A stretch of 63,253 nucleotides of DNA, counting the filler, from Octopus bimaculoides (taxonomy: Eukaryota), in the NCBI RefSeq assembly GCF_001194135.2. It is 8 parts of 8 records of this genome, joined end to end, with 100 filler letters (N's around TTAATTAATTAA, not from the genome) between each part and the next. Parts side by side here need not be neighbours in the genome. Positions count along the whole stretch, not along the records: positions 1 to 14,351 come from NC_068989.1; positions 14,452 to 22,977 come from NC_068982.1; positions 23,078 to 35,799 come from NC_068987.1; 5 more parts are not named here. One strand, 5' to 3'. Made by a program: the position numbers and the translations under genes. Every line of letters starts with the position of its first letter. Within the stretch, counting starts at the first letter, position 1. Below, in pieces: positions 11,517 to 25,200 of this stretch. The notes beneath the pieces were generated by a model. That model was not told where the DNA came from, searched no databases, and saw only the letters and a list, made by a program, of their open reading frames with translations.

Positions 11517-12805
11517 GCAAGTAACAGCAATATAGAGGCTTACTGAAAATTCTATTAACAGTAAATTATCATAACATACGTAGATATGCAGGCACCTGGA
11601 ATAAGCTTCATCGCCTCAATCTCTATTCAAATAAATCTGGAACTTACAAGGTTATAGCATTAAGAATTAATGGTTCCAGAAAGTGTGATTCTTATCCCTC
11701 GAGTAAATATAACATAATTCAATAATTTTGAAGAGGAGATGGAAATTGGCGAAGTCTTGCAAACGCTTCTATCAATATTAGTAGAGAAGTTTCCAAAAAC
11801 CAACTCGCGAAAGTAGATTATTTTCCATATAGTAGGACAGGGTGGTCACATATTGAAGGTAAATCATTTAGTTACTCATCAACATAAACTGCAATAGCTA
11901 TCTTTCTTGTTTTCATGAGTTTTACACATTGTGAAGGTATGAAAACATTAAGTGGTTTTTTCGCTTAAGAACAGACGAATGCATCACCTGTCCTACATCT
12001 AGCAATTGAAGAGATGAATACGAGATACATTTTCTAACGGTTCAGGAGTCGCAACATGTCAAATTTCGATAATTAATATTTTGATATTTGTAAATATTGT
12101 TTCTTATATATTGTCACGCTACTTCTCTTCAAATATATCAATAGTCGGAGACCTGAAATTCTAACAATTGAAGAAACTTCAGCTTCCAATAAAATGCACA
12201 AATTCCATTTTGTACTTTTTACTTCGTTTCTAACCGCAGCGTACATCAGTCCACGCGTATGGTGTATATCTCTGTGTGCGTATGTATGTTGGAAAACTTA
12301 TATGTATTTAAAGGTGTGACTTCCGTCCGCTGTGATTCTGGGATTGGCCGTTCAACTTTTCAGTGAGACTGGTATTACATATCAAACCTTTATGCTTGTG
12401 TGTCTGTTTGTCCCCACCAACATTGCTTGACAACCGATGCTGGTGTGTTTACGTCCCCGTTAATTGGCCGTTCGGCAAAAGAGACCGATAGAACAAGTAC
12501 TAGGCTTACAAAGAATAAATCCTGGGGTCAATTTGCTCGACTAAAGGCGGTGCTCCAGCATGGCCGCAGTCGAATGACTGAAACAAGTAAAAGAGTAAAA
12601 GAGTATGCAAGCTCATTCAACGATTGCATAAATGATAATAAAACGAGAGTTAGTTCTAAAATACGTTTATGACTGAAGTGTGGGACTTATTTTTCAGTCT
12701 CTTTTGCCGAACCGCTAACTTATGGGAACGTAAACAAACCACCGCCAATTGTCAAGCGGCAGCGGGCGACAGACACAAAGACACACACATAGATAGATAG
12801 ATAGA

Positions 12806-12836
<31 letters not shown>

Positions 12837-14469
12837 GACGGGTTTCTTTCAGTTTCTGTCAACCAAATCCATTTTCAAGGTTTTGGTCGGCCCGAGATTA
12901 TTGTAGAAGACACTTTCCCAAGGTGCCATGCAGTGGGATTGAACCCAGAATCATGTGCTTGGAAAATTAACCTCTTTCCTCACAGCCACGCCTGCGCCAA
13001 AGAGATGTTTGCCTTGCCTTTGTACTTACATATAAACGTAAGCTCTGACTTTCCGGTTTAGTATTTAATACGTTTGCGTTAATAATGATTATATTTTTCG
13101 GCAGTTGTGGTGTTAGCAGTGGTGGTANNNNNNNNNNNNNNNNNNNNNNNNNNNNNNNNNNNNNNNNNNNNNNNNNNNNNNNNNNNNNNNNNNNNNNNNN
13201 NNNNNNNNNNNNNNNNNNNNNNNNNNNNNNNNNNNNNNNNNNNNNNNNNNNNNNNNNNNNNNNNNNNNNNNNNNNNNNNNNNNNNNNNNNNNNNNNNNNN
13301 NNNNNNNNNNNNNNNNNNNNNNNNNNNNNNNNNNNNNNNNNNNNNNNNNNNNNNNNNNNNNNNNNNNNNNNNNNNNNNNNNNNNNNNNNNNNNNNNNNNN
13401 NNNNNNNNNNNNNNNNNNNNNNNNNNNNNNNNNNNNNNNNNNNNNNNNNNNNNNNNNNNNNNNNNNNNNNNNNNNNNNNNNNNNNNNNNNNTGGTGATAG
13501 TAGTGGATAAGAAGAGCTGCGATGGTGAAAAGGAGATGCAGAAGGTATTTGGAAAGACAGGCGATGATGCAGAGGTCTGGTGGTAACAGCGGTGGTGGTG
13601 GGGGTGGGGGTGGCTAGGTGTGGTTGGGAATAGGTGTGGTTAGGGATAGAGGTGGTGGTTGACAGTTCAAATCAATCAGTTTACTTCCTCACAATTTTTC
13701 AAAAGGGGATCGGTGCCTGAGCGAGATGGAGCGGGGATTGGTGAAGAATCGATCTCATGAATTGTTATTAATTAATGGGGTCTTTTAGGGTAGAGCAGGT
13801 GAGAGTAGGGTTGGTTGGGGTGGGGCAAAAGGAAAAGGGAGAAAGAAAATGTTTGGAGAAAAATTTGAGGGAAGGTTGCCGTGTGGTGGGGGAGTTGAGA
13901 TAATGGCATTTCAAATAAGTGCAGGTGTGGGAGTGGGGTTGGGGGAAGAACTCAGATTCCATCCTCATCACCATCATTATCATCATTGCAATTGTTAATA
14001 ACAATAACAAAACAGCAATAACAAGAAACTGAAATGTCAGAGCTCAAGTCTACGTGTAGGCATGAAAGCAAATACCTTTTAAACAATTTCAACTGCACAC
14101 GGGGTAGCGTTTGATGAACATATTAAATAGATGAGATATTTTCTGCGAGCTCGTGAGTGCGCGTGTGTGTGTGTGTATGTGTCTATGTGCATGTGTATGT
14201 GTCTGTGTGTGTGTGTATGTGGTTTTACTGGCGAAATATAGCAGCCATAGTTACGGGTGTATGCGCAAGTCAACAGCAGTTGCCAAGCAGTAGTGGAGAC
14301 AAACACAGACACAATGACACCTATACATACACAGGTGTGTGTGTGTGTGTGNNNNNNNNNNNNNNNNNNNNNNNNNNNNNNNNNNNNNNNNNNNNTTAAT
14401 TAATTAANNNNNNNNNNNNNNNNNNNNNNNNNNNNNNNNNNNNNNNNNNNNTATCACACACACACTCGC

Positions 14470-14750
14470 AGACTTTCGCACGCGCACCGATATTCATCTC
14501 CCTTTTTCACTCTCCTATCTTAGAAAGAACTTTTCCCCCACCACCTCCTCTTCCGGTCTTTTCATCATGTAACCTCGTGGGCATCGGTACCATTTTCCTC
14601 TTTCTCCGTTCTTCCATTCTCCGAACTTTCCATCTTTCCGACGAAGGGCTACGCCCGAAACGTCATACACTCTCTCTTTCCTTTCCTGAGCGTCCAATAA
14701 TACTATCCATATCACGTCCTCACTTTGTTGTTTTTTTGTTTTTTTGTTAT
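14470..14750 (+). mobile_element. Short repeat with a hammerhead-like variant core (CCGACGA); decayed relative at about 3290-3490
   Basis: CCGACGA-A-GGGC tac GCCC-GAAACGTC at 14638-14664. Both copies share caccgatatt upstream and tttcc.gagcgtc downstream. Confidence 0.5.
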
Positions 14751-14763
14751 TGTGTTTTTGAAC

Positions 14764-14795
<32 letters not shown>

Positions 14796-15889
14796 CACAC
14801 TTATATAACTTATGTGTATGTATATGTGTTTTACTAAAAGCAGGTTTATATGTGGCGTTTATTAACATGTGCGATTATAAATACGCGCACACGTACGCAT
14901 ATATGTAGGCGCGTATGTGTATTTATATATATATATCGATATTTATATCAACATATTTATACATACATATGCATGTGTGCACATACACACAAACACGCAC
15001 AGAAACAGACATACACATATACACAAAGAGATATATATTCAAACACAAACTCATTTATATAACATGACGCGACTTATCGTCTGTGTCTTATATTGTACAT
15101 AGCAAGTTTGTCAACAGGAACACAGTAGAGATTCTTATTGTGCAAATCTAAGATTTGAATTTCAGAGACGACTGGAAATTGGCGTCGAACTTATATAGTA
15201 TATACACATACAAATTATTATGTATATATATATATTACATAAATACGTATATTGATTATATTTATTATACCAATACACACATAATCACTCACTCACTCAG
15301 GCGCACTCACACATATATGTACATAAATAAATAGATAGATTGATGATACATACATACATACGTACATACATTCATACATACGTATAGGTGCAGGTAACTG
15401 TAGATACACATGTATATATGTGCGCGTATGTGTATGTGCATATGTATGTATATTAAATTATCTACGCATATATATATATATAAACAAGCTTGCAGGTATG
15501 CATATGTACATAGTTCTAAAAAGGTTGTGGTATGAGTTAAATATTTCAGATATTAAAAGGAATTAAAAAGAAAATTTAAATATAATTTATAATATATGTA
15601 TTTGTTGGAATATATGACTGTTTCTGTGCTTTTTGTCTGCTCATATGTAAATATGTCTCTATGCGTGTATTCCTGTGCTATTACATTGTTAACTGGCAGT
15701 TCATTATGATATTTCATTTCATTCTATTATGTGTTGATTTGCTTATAAATATTGCCTTTCATCGTTTCTAAAGTTTAGCAATTCTGTATATTACAATGCA
15801 TACGAATATCTCTGTCTATATCAATAATTACCATTGTGTACGAGTTCGTGTATATAAGTACATATGTGTATGTGTCTGAGCGTGTGGTC

Positions 15890-15934
<45 letters not shown>

Positions 15935-16659
15935 TGTGTGTGTAATGTGTGTGTGTGTGTCTTATGTGTGTAATATACACATGGTATATATATATATATN
16001 NNNNNNNNNNNNNNNNNNNNNNNNNNNNNNNNNNNNNNNNNNNNNNNNNNNNNNNNNNNNNNNNNNNNNNNNNNNNNNNNNNNNNNNNNNNNNNNNNNNN
16101 NNNNNNNNNNNNNNNNNNNNNNNNNNNNNNNNNNNNNNNNNNNNNNNNNNNNNNNNNNNNNNNNNNNNNNNNNNNNNNNNNNNNNNNNNNNNNNNNNNNN
16201 NNNNNNNNNNNNNNNNNNNNNNNNNNNNNNNNNNNNNNNNNNNNNNNNNNNNNNNNNNNNNNNNNNNNNNNNNNNNNNNNNNNNNNNNNNNNNNNNNNNN
16301 NNNNNNNNNNNNNNNNNNNNNNNNNNNNNNNNNNNNNNNNNNNNNNNNNNNNNNNNNNNNNNNNNNNNNNNNNNNNNNNNNNNNNNNNNNNNNNNNNNNN
16401 NNNNNNNNNNNNNNNNNNNNNNNNNNNNNNNNNNNNNNNNNNNNNNNNNNNNNNNNNNNNNNNNNNNNNNNNNNNNNNNNNNNNNNNNNNNNNNNNNNNN
16501 NNNNNNNNNNNNNNNNNNNNNNNNNNNNNNNNNNNNNNNNNNNNNNNNNNNNNNNNNNNNNNNNNNNNNNNNNNNNNNNNNNNNNNNNNNNNNNNNNNNN
16601 NNNNTATATATATATATATATAAACATACATACATGTTTCTGCTGCTTTTAAATAAACA

Positions 16660-16698
<39 letters not shown>

Positions 16699-17419
16699 TT
16701 ATATGTATACACACATGTATATTTATTGCAAATATGCCATTTATTGTTTGTAGTTGTTTACATCTTTATATGTTCTAGACATGTTTTCCCGCCGTTTTCA
16801 ATTTGTGTTGTATTTACGTTCATCTTGTGTCTGAACCTTTGTTGCTTTCAAAAAATATTTTGTTTAATACCTATTAGAATTGATAGTAATGTAATATAAT
16901 ACATTCATTTATGTGTGGCTGCGCGTGTGTGTGCATTTGTGAGTGCGTGTGTGTGTTCCCGCGTGCGTATGTGTCTAGATTCACGCATATTTCACTGTCT
17001 TTTTCTCTCTTCTATTATGTATATATGACTATACATGCATTCGTACATATATAATATAATGTATTATATTCTATTACATTATATTAGATCATATTATATT
17101 ACGTATGTGTGTATGTATGTGTGTGTCTTTGTGTGTGTTTGTGTGTGATTGTGTGTGCGCGTGTAGATACATTGTTATTGATATATATATTCAAAAAAAA
17201 GCTCAGTAAAATGTGTCTTTTAACTAAAAATCAAGCTGATATTGGGCTGTAGTACGACGTGACGCAGCAACCTCAGAATGGGGCTAGTGCACCAAATACG
17301 ATCAAATAATATGAATGCTAATAATTCAGAAAAGAAAAGGTATGGTATTTTTTCTGGACATATTCGCATTTCTACAATATACTGAAATAATTACATAACG
17401 CTCGTAGTAATTTTATGCA

Positions 17420-19030
17420 ATTTAGCACACGTCTCAGCAGTGTCCCGTAAGAAATAAAACAGCAGTTGTAAAGCCTCCATGATAAGCTTCTGGAAAGTTT
17501 TACAGAAAGAAGAAAGCTCAGTATAATATTTTCGGATTTCTTCCAGCCACAGAGCATCTTGGTTAAAATCTTTCTCTTCACTCCAGATTTTCCTCTAGGA
17601 GTCTATGTCTTCTCGTGAAGGAACTTCCGTTGTGTTTACTGCTCTTCCTCTCATGTCTCTGTATACTGCTGCTTGATTGCGGTTAAGTTTTCTGTTTATT
17701 GTTCTTTTCTCGGCTATTCTCTTCTGCTGTCGGAGTTTTTCACTAACAGCTTTTAGCTACTGCTTGAGGATAATCAGTTTGCAAGTGAGTATCCTCTTTT
17801 TTTGTTTCCAAATATCATTTCTATCACATTCTTCACTTTCTGTTGGTGGGACATATACTGATTTGCTTGTTTGCATGCAATAAGCATCATTACATGACTG
17901 ATTGTTTTCAGTAAATCAGTTATCTTTTTCTCTGTCTTCAAAACCCATCATGGCACTTTCTTTGTTATTTCGGTTTTATAGTAGTAGACAGAGCATACAG
18001 ACAAGCGTTAATCTTCCAGTATGTGGATTCATCACACTTCTGTAAATACTCACCACCAATTTCGTCAACAACTTTTAATACCGTAACTAGTGATTTATTA
18101 CTTACTTTGCTAGAGAATACTCTCTCCTCGAGAGAGTCCTTCAAAGCCAAAGGTTTTTTTTTTTTCGGAAAACTTCAGTAAGGTCACTTTTCATTGGCAT
18201 ATAATCTTGACTACCACTACTATTACAATAATCGATGCGGTTGTGCCTGCTATTTACCATATTCGTAGTAGGGGGGGCAGTGGTCAGTTACTTGAGCCAG
18301 TAATATAGTTTGGCTTGTAGGTAATATAGAATCTGTACTATAGAATCTGTACTATAGAATCTGTACTATAGAATCTGTACTATAGAATCTGTTGGAATGT
18401 CGCTAGCTGCGAAACCACGTGATAGTCATATATCATTCACGTTTTTTGGTTTTGTTTATAGACTTGAGAAGATTGTTAATTTTCGATTTCTTAATAAATT
18501 TACAGTTACTAACCATTTTATGTTCTACAAATGTTGCTTGTCGGCGTAGCTGATTCTCAGTAAAATAATTCAATTCTGGATGCAGAATCGTCCCAATGTG
18601 ATTTCAATCATTTCATCATAGCCAATTCTGGATGCAGATCGTCCAAATATGATTTCAATCGTTTCATATAGCCAACAGTGTGATTTTGTTTCACTTTTTC
18701 GTAGCAGTTAAATAGATCATTATTCAATTCATAACTCCAAGATAAATGAGTTTTGCCGTTTCGGTTTCTTCTATAATAACACATAGAAAGAATTTGTATA
18801 TCTGTAGTGCTGTTATCGTTCAATTTCTCAATTGTGTTGTTGATGTTGTGTCCAGCTATGTTGTTTGTAGTAACTCACTGCATGCTAAATTGAAATTTCA
18901 GTCGAAAATCGCTACGATCGTGAATAAAAGGCCTCCTCGGTTAATTCATCTGAAGATTAACCAGTTATTTAACAATGCTGTTAGTTGTGGCTCCAAAGTT
19001 GGAGATAATATTCATCGTATTTTCGATAAA
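17420..19030 (-). mobile_element. R4/Dong-like element, decayed N-terminal half
   Basis: WSYELNNDLFNCY...GYMKRLKSYLDDLHPE and INRKLNRNQAAVYRDM...PSREDIDS*RKIWSEEKDFNQDALWL. Many stops and frameshifts; 52-bp tandem duplication at about 18572-18675. Confidence 0.6.
18325..18392. repeat. 14-bp tandem repeat (aatctgtactatag), about 4.5 copies
   Basis: Direct reading. Confidence 0.9.
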
Positions 19031-19119
19031 TAGTCTCACACGCAAAATATGCGACTTGTCGCTTCGAATGTTTGTTGTTTGTATGTATAAATGTATGTAT
19101 GTATGTATGTATGTATGTG

Positions 19120-19156
<37 letters not shown>

Positions 19157-19171
19157 GTAATCATGTTTGAA

Positions 19172-19550
19172 GTTGGAATGGCCCAGTGGTTAGGGCAGCG
19201 GACTCGCGGTCATAGGATAGTGGTTTCGATTCCCAGACCGGGCGTTGTGAGTGTTTATTGAGCGAAAACACCTAAAAGCTCCACGAGGCTCCGGCAGGGG
19301 ATGGTGGCGAACCCTGCTGTACTCTTTCACCACAACTTTCTCTCACTCTTTCTTCCTGTTGTACCTGTATTTCAAAGGGCCAGCCTTGTCACACTGTGTC
19401 ACGCTGAATATCCCTGAGAACTGCGTTAAGGGTACACGTGTCTGTGGAGTGCTCAGCCACTTGCACGTTAATTTCACGAGCAGGCTGTTCCGTTGATTGG
19501 ATCAACTGGAACCCAAGACGTCGTAAGCGACGGAGTGCCAACAACAACAA
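19172..19550 (+). mobile_element. tRNA-derived SINE, family C (apparently full length)
   Basis: A box tggcccagtgg, B box ggtttcgattcc, unique body, (caa)n tail. Confidence 0.75.
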
Positions 19551-20824
19551 AAGTAATCATGTATATGTATAGACGCAAGTTTGGTTGTTTCCCAACCACA
19601 TAGTTACAGGTTAAGTCTCATTGCGTAATACCTTAGGCAAGTGTCTTCTACTATAGCCTCGTGCTGATCAAAGCTTTGTCAATGGATTTAGTACAAGGAA
19701 AGTGAAGGAACATTGTCGTATGTGTTTGTATGTGTGTGTGTCTATGTGTGTATTTACATATATATTAATTAGAACAAAGCGCCTCTTTCTGGCAAGAGTG
19801 ATTACTCTGAATATTCAAGGTAATTTAATCATTTAGATAGGTAGCCAGTACAGTGTTGAAACAGAATTTTTTTCTTTTTTTTTTTTCAGCAGTCAGATAT
19901 CCTGAAAATCCACCTATGTCTCAAAAGAATAATTGGTACATTCTTATGTGATGTGATTTACAGTGTAAAAAGAATTTAAGAAATTGATTTTTGAGGCTAT
20001 TGCTACACATTTTCTTTACATATTTCTCAAAATTGAGTAATGAAATATTATGCACGTTTGTATTTTGAATCAGGGAAGCAAGGATTTTTAATAATACTGA
20101 ACAAGACTAAATCAGCTTCATTAACGGCAAAAATACGAGAATTAGGGAAAATGTGCAATGATTATGAAATTTCTTTGTCCAATATTAGACACGTTATGTC
20201 GTTCGCCGATGATCACTACGGTCTCTTCCTGTGCTGCATGGAAATTTTCCAGATCTTGCAATGTGGGAAATACCTTTTTAACAAATCCGAGGAATTACGT
20301 GTAAGATGACCCCACAGGACTTCTTACACGTAATTTAGTTTAATTTGAATAATTGGCACTATGACTTAAATACATTATGTCAATTCTTATGAAGTCTGTT
20401 ACCGATTTTTATATTTAGAATATTACATTTTATTGAATATAGCAATTGCACACAAACTAAACAGCAGTAATTAATATTTAATTTAATAATTAACAATAAA
20501 TATGTTAGTAAATACAATTAATAACTTTAATTATACTAGCTGCTACAGTGTTACTCATTATTAATTAAACATTAACTAATTTGCTTTTTAATGCTAATAA
20601 TAACGAAATTTATATAGGATAATACATTTCACTAGCTATTGCTAATATATTCCCTTTTCCTTCTTCCATTTTCCTTCCTTCTTACAATGTATTTTTCATT
20701 ATTATTGTTTGGAAACCCAATTTAAGAACGTGCGAATTTAGTTTTATTCCTTGATATGTTGCACATAGTTTTTTTCCTACCTGAGTTAATACACTTGACA
20801 GACCTAAGTGAAATATATTATTTT

Positions 20825-21480
20825 CTACTCTAGGCACAAGGCCCGAAACTTTTAGACAGGGAGTCAATCGATTAAATCGCCTCAAATACGCAATTGGTAC
20901 TTGATTTATCGACCCCGAAAGGCTGAAAGGCAAAGTCAACCTCGACAGAATTCGAACTCAGAACGTAAAGACAAACGAAATATCACTAAGCATTTCGCCC
21001 GGCATGCTAACGTTTCTATCAGCGTACCACCTTTCTAAGTGAAATATATTATAAATATGATATCATTATATATTCCTACATAAGCATCAATGATATTTAA
21101 ACAACAAATAGGAGAACTGGCTGAATCGTTAGCACGCTGGGCAAAATGCTTAGCGGCATTATGTCCGTTTTTAAGTTCTTATTTTAAATTTTTCCGAGGT
21201 CGACTTTGCTCTTGATCCTTTCGAACTCGATAACATAAGTAACATTTGAGAACTGGGAATGATGTAACTGACTAGCCTCTTCTTCCAAAATTGCTGGCCT
21301 CATTCCAGAATTTGAAACTAATATTTCGGTAGCATCAAGGCGAGGATCTGAGTTCAAACGCGGCCGGGGTCGATTTTGCATCTCCTCCTTTCAGCGTCGA
21401 TAAAATAAGAGCCAGTTCAACACTGGAGTTGATGTAATCCACTTGCTGGCCTTGTGCCAAAAATTTAATACCAATATTTA
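20825..21480. mobile_element. Cluster of three SINE family B copies (-, +, +)
   Basis: Shared gaggtcgactttgc...ctttcg motif in each copy. Confidence 0.8.
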
Positions 21481-21644
21481 TAGAGCATCAGCTATTTCTT
21501 TTTCTTCAAACCGTAAATGCTGTTTATTTACTTTTAGTAAAACATCGCTTATAGATGTACCTTTCCCTTTCATATACACCAAATTTCAATACATTCTAAT
21601 GCAACTCAAAACTTCGTAATTTTTTAAATTACATTTTCTAAGAG

Positions 21645-21715
21645 TGTGTAAGTGTCCCTGTGTACGTGTCCCTGTGTAAGTGTCCCTGTGTATGTGGCTG
21701 TGTATACGTCCCTAT
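21645..21715. repeat. 14-bp tandem repeat (gtgtaagtgtccct), about 4 copies
   Basis: Direct reading. Confidence 0.75.
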
Positions 21716-23097
21716 ATGAGAGTGCGTTTGTGAGCCTGCTCATATAAGCATATAAACACTTGTCCAAGTACATCGTTTAAAGTGAAACAATAACTTCCTT
21801 ATATATCATCTTTGCACAAGAAAAGTTATCATTTTGCATGACACCCGTTGTAATGCTGACGATCTACGTTGATGGAAAAGTTTGATTAATTCTAGTCTAC
21901 TGGCAATATTCACTCATAGATGTTCACCCCTGGGAATATATATAAGGGATATATATATTGATTTGGTTGACTGTGAAATCAAGAGGTTTGATTGGTAGCT
22001 GAACAAAATATATTCACCTAATGTTGTATTAGTTTTATTTGTTACGTTTTACATGCTACATTTGTAGACTTTCATACGCTGTTAAAATATTTGGCAGTGT
22101 ATATTCGGAGGTGCATCACCATCACCGACAAAAATAACTCTTTGCGAAAATACGAATTTGCACACTGTTACATATTAAGTTACACATGTTTGTTTTAAAT
22201 AAATATGTTATGGAAACGTCTACTGATTCCCTGAAATATCTAATCGTTTTATTCCTGTTTACTATACACGTACAGCACGCATAAATATATTACACAAAAG
22301 CATGCATGACAACAGTTCCATCTTCATAGAGATTGCCGTACCTTGTTCTTCTTCGTTGTCAATAGCATATATAACTTTCCGTCCAGGATCTTTCGGATGC
22401 CTATTCAGTCTCGTGGCAGATCTGCTTGGTTTAAATCACATGTATCAGCTGAAAATCGAACTTAGGGTGCTTTTCCAGCTGGTTGGTTCAGAACATGTCA
22501 TGGCTCTTACATCGTCAAAGGATTCTCAGTTGATCGAACGACAAATGAAGAAACGATAAAGAGATATCTGTATGTCATTGTATGATAGTAATAAACGTTT
22601 GTACAACACAAGTACTGTCATGGCTATCCATGATTAATATCTAGTGTCAGACTGAAGTCAGATGCTGTGACATCAACGAAGTGTAATTCTGCGTACCAGC
22701 GCTCAGATGAATCTTCATCATATACCCTAATTAACCATAGCAGGGTAATTACAATTGCGTAGTTACAACACCGAGACAAGGAAGACCTAGTAACAATAAT
22801 GCCTAATCAGTGGTGCCACATTCCTCAAAACCCAGGAACTCTCGAACCAAAGCTCCACATCCGAATGTCTTGTATGTATGTATGTATGTATGTATGTATG
22901 TATGTATGTATGTATGTATGTATGTAGGTATGTGTGTATGTATGTATGTGTGCATGCATGCATGCATACATACATACNNNNNNNNNNNNNNNNNNNNNNN
23001 NNNNNNNNNNNNNNNNNNNNNTTAATTAATTAANNNNNNNNNNNNNNNNNNNNNNNNNNNNNNNNNNNNNNNNNNNNCGATACACGACAATCTCCAC

Positions 23098-25200
23098 CTT
23101 ATACGCTACTCCTTAGAGAGAATAAGGAAACTTTCTGGCTTAGCAGGAGGGGCACTGGTACATTTAGACCAGTCTAAGGCGTTTGATAGGGTCGACCATC
23201 GGTACTTGGCAGCGGTCCTCGAGAAGGCTGGCCTAGGCCCGACCTTCTGCGGTTGGATTGCTGCTTTGTACAGCTACATCGAGTCTGTCGTCAAGGTAAA
23301 CGGGTTCTTTTCGAAACCGTTCATGATCGAGCGTTCAGTTCGTCAGGGGTGCCCCCTATCTCCGCTTCTGTATGTGTTGGCCCTGGAGCCACTGCTGCGG
23401 AGGTTGGAGGCACTAGGGGGCGCTCCGCTTGATCTATGGTGTGGAAGGAGAGCTACAGCGTACGCGGATGACATTTCCATCATCGTGGCGGATGAGGGCC
23501 AGATTCCAGTGGTGGAAAAGGCCATCAAAAGTTACGAAGCGGTGGCAGGAGCAAAGGTTAACNNNNNNNNNNNNNNNNNNNNNNNNNNNNNNNNNNNNNN
23601 NNNNNNNNNNNNNNNNNNNNNNNNNNNNNNNNNNNNNNNNNNNNNNNNNNNNNNNNNNNNNNNNNNNNNNNNNNNNNNNNNNNNNNNNNNNNNNNNNNNN
23701 NNNNNNNNNNNNNNNNNNNNNNNNNNNNNNNNNNNNNNNNNNNNNNNNNNNNNNNNNNNNNNNNNNNNNNNNNNNNNNNNNNNNNNNNNNNNNNNNNNNN
23801 NNNNNNNNNNNNNNNNNNNNNNNNNNNNNNNNNNNNNNNNNNNNNNNNNNNNNNNNNNNNNNNNNNNNNNNNNNNNNNNNNNNNNNNNNNNNNNNNNNNN
23901 NNNNNNNNNNNNNNNNNNNNNNNNNNNNNNNNNNNNNNNNNNNNNNNNNNNNNNNNNNNNNNNNNNNNNNNNNNNNNNNNNNNNNNNNNNNNNNNNNNNN
24001 NNNNNNNNNNNNNNNNNNNNNNNNNNNNNNNNNNNNNNNNNNNNNNNNNNNNNNNNNNNNNNNNNNNNNNNNNNNNNNNNNNNNNNNNNNNNNNNNNNNN
24101 NNNNNNNNNNNNNNNNNNNNNNNNNNNNNNNNNNNNNNNNNNNNNNNNNNNNNNNNNNNNNNNNNNNNNNNNNNNNNNNNNNNNNNNNNNNNNNNNNNNN
24201 NNNNNNNNNNNNNNNNNNNNNNNNNNNNNNNNNNNNNNNNNNNNNNNNNNNNNNNNNNNNNNNNNNNNNNNNNNNNNNNNNNNNNNNNNNNNNNNNNNNN
24301 NNNNNNNNNNNNNNNNNNNNNNNNNNNNNNNNNNNNNNNNNNNNNNNNNNNNNNNNNNNNNNNNNNNNNNNNNNNNNNNNNNNNNNNNNNNNNNNNNNNN
24401 NNNNNNNNNNNNNNNTTTATAGCGGGTTAGTGGAATCTATGTCAGAAGACGCCTTGGGGAGACCCTAGGCTACGATGAAAGTCAGTTGGTCAGCCTATTT
24501 AGGAGAACGTTCGGGCCGAGGTATCTGGATAATTACCAGAAATCCCTGGCTCGGCAATGTTTCCGAGCGGCGTTACCTGTTCGCGACAAGCTGTCAAAGC
24601 ACGGAAGTGCCGTCTCGCCGACATGCCCGAGATGTGGGCAGGATAGGGAAACCGTCTTGCACGCATTTGTGGGCTGTTCGGAGCTGTCGGGACTGATAGC
24701 CTTTGCAGAACAACTGTTGTCAGTGATATGAAGAGTACAGCTATCAGCTGAGTCTATCATCAAGACTGTACCACCTCCTTTCCTTAACAGGGAAAGGAAG
24801 GCCTATTTTTTCTGCGTAGTAGCCATACTGAAAGAAACAGTATGGAAGACGCGCGTGAAAGGTATAGTGACAGGTACCTTTGTCTCCGGCCAGGGTTTGG
24901 TTAACGTTTTTAGTTACCACCTCAGTAGTAAGATCAGGCTGGAGAGAAAGTGCCTGTCACGGGATATGTTTACGAAAAAATGGAAGTCTGTGGAGCGCAA
25001 GCTGAGTGAGATTGGCACCAAATACGTGAGGTCAATTTGGGAAGCAAAGGTTCTACCAGGATGGTCGGTTGCCTTCCTTCTAGCTACCTCATTGCGAAGC
25101 GCAATGATTTCTTGTGTAATATTTTAAAATTAATTTTTAAATCAATTTCAATCATATTTTAATCTATTCGTAATTTGTAAAATTAAAAAAAAAAAACGTT
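23098..25200 (+). mobile_element. Tx1/L1-clade non-LTR retrotransposon, 3' part of ORF2 (gapped)
   Basis: RT motifs LDQSKAFDRVDH, VRQGCPLSPLLY and AYADD. C-terminal CPRCGQDRETVLHAFVGC zinc motif. A-run near 25186-25196. Confidence 0.92.

Noticed and set aside
14396-14407. TTAATTAATTAA islands inside N runs (also at about 23022, 35844, 55114, 56704, 60925 and 62122)
   Set aside because: An identical 12-mer always centred in gaps and giving stops in all six frames; this is a scaffolding linker, not biology. Contig order across these points is uncertain.
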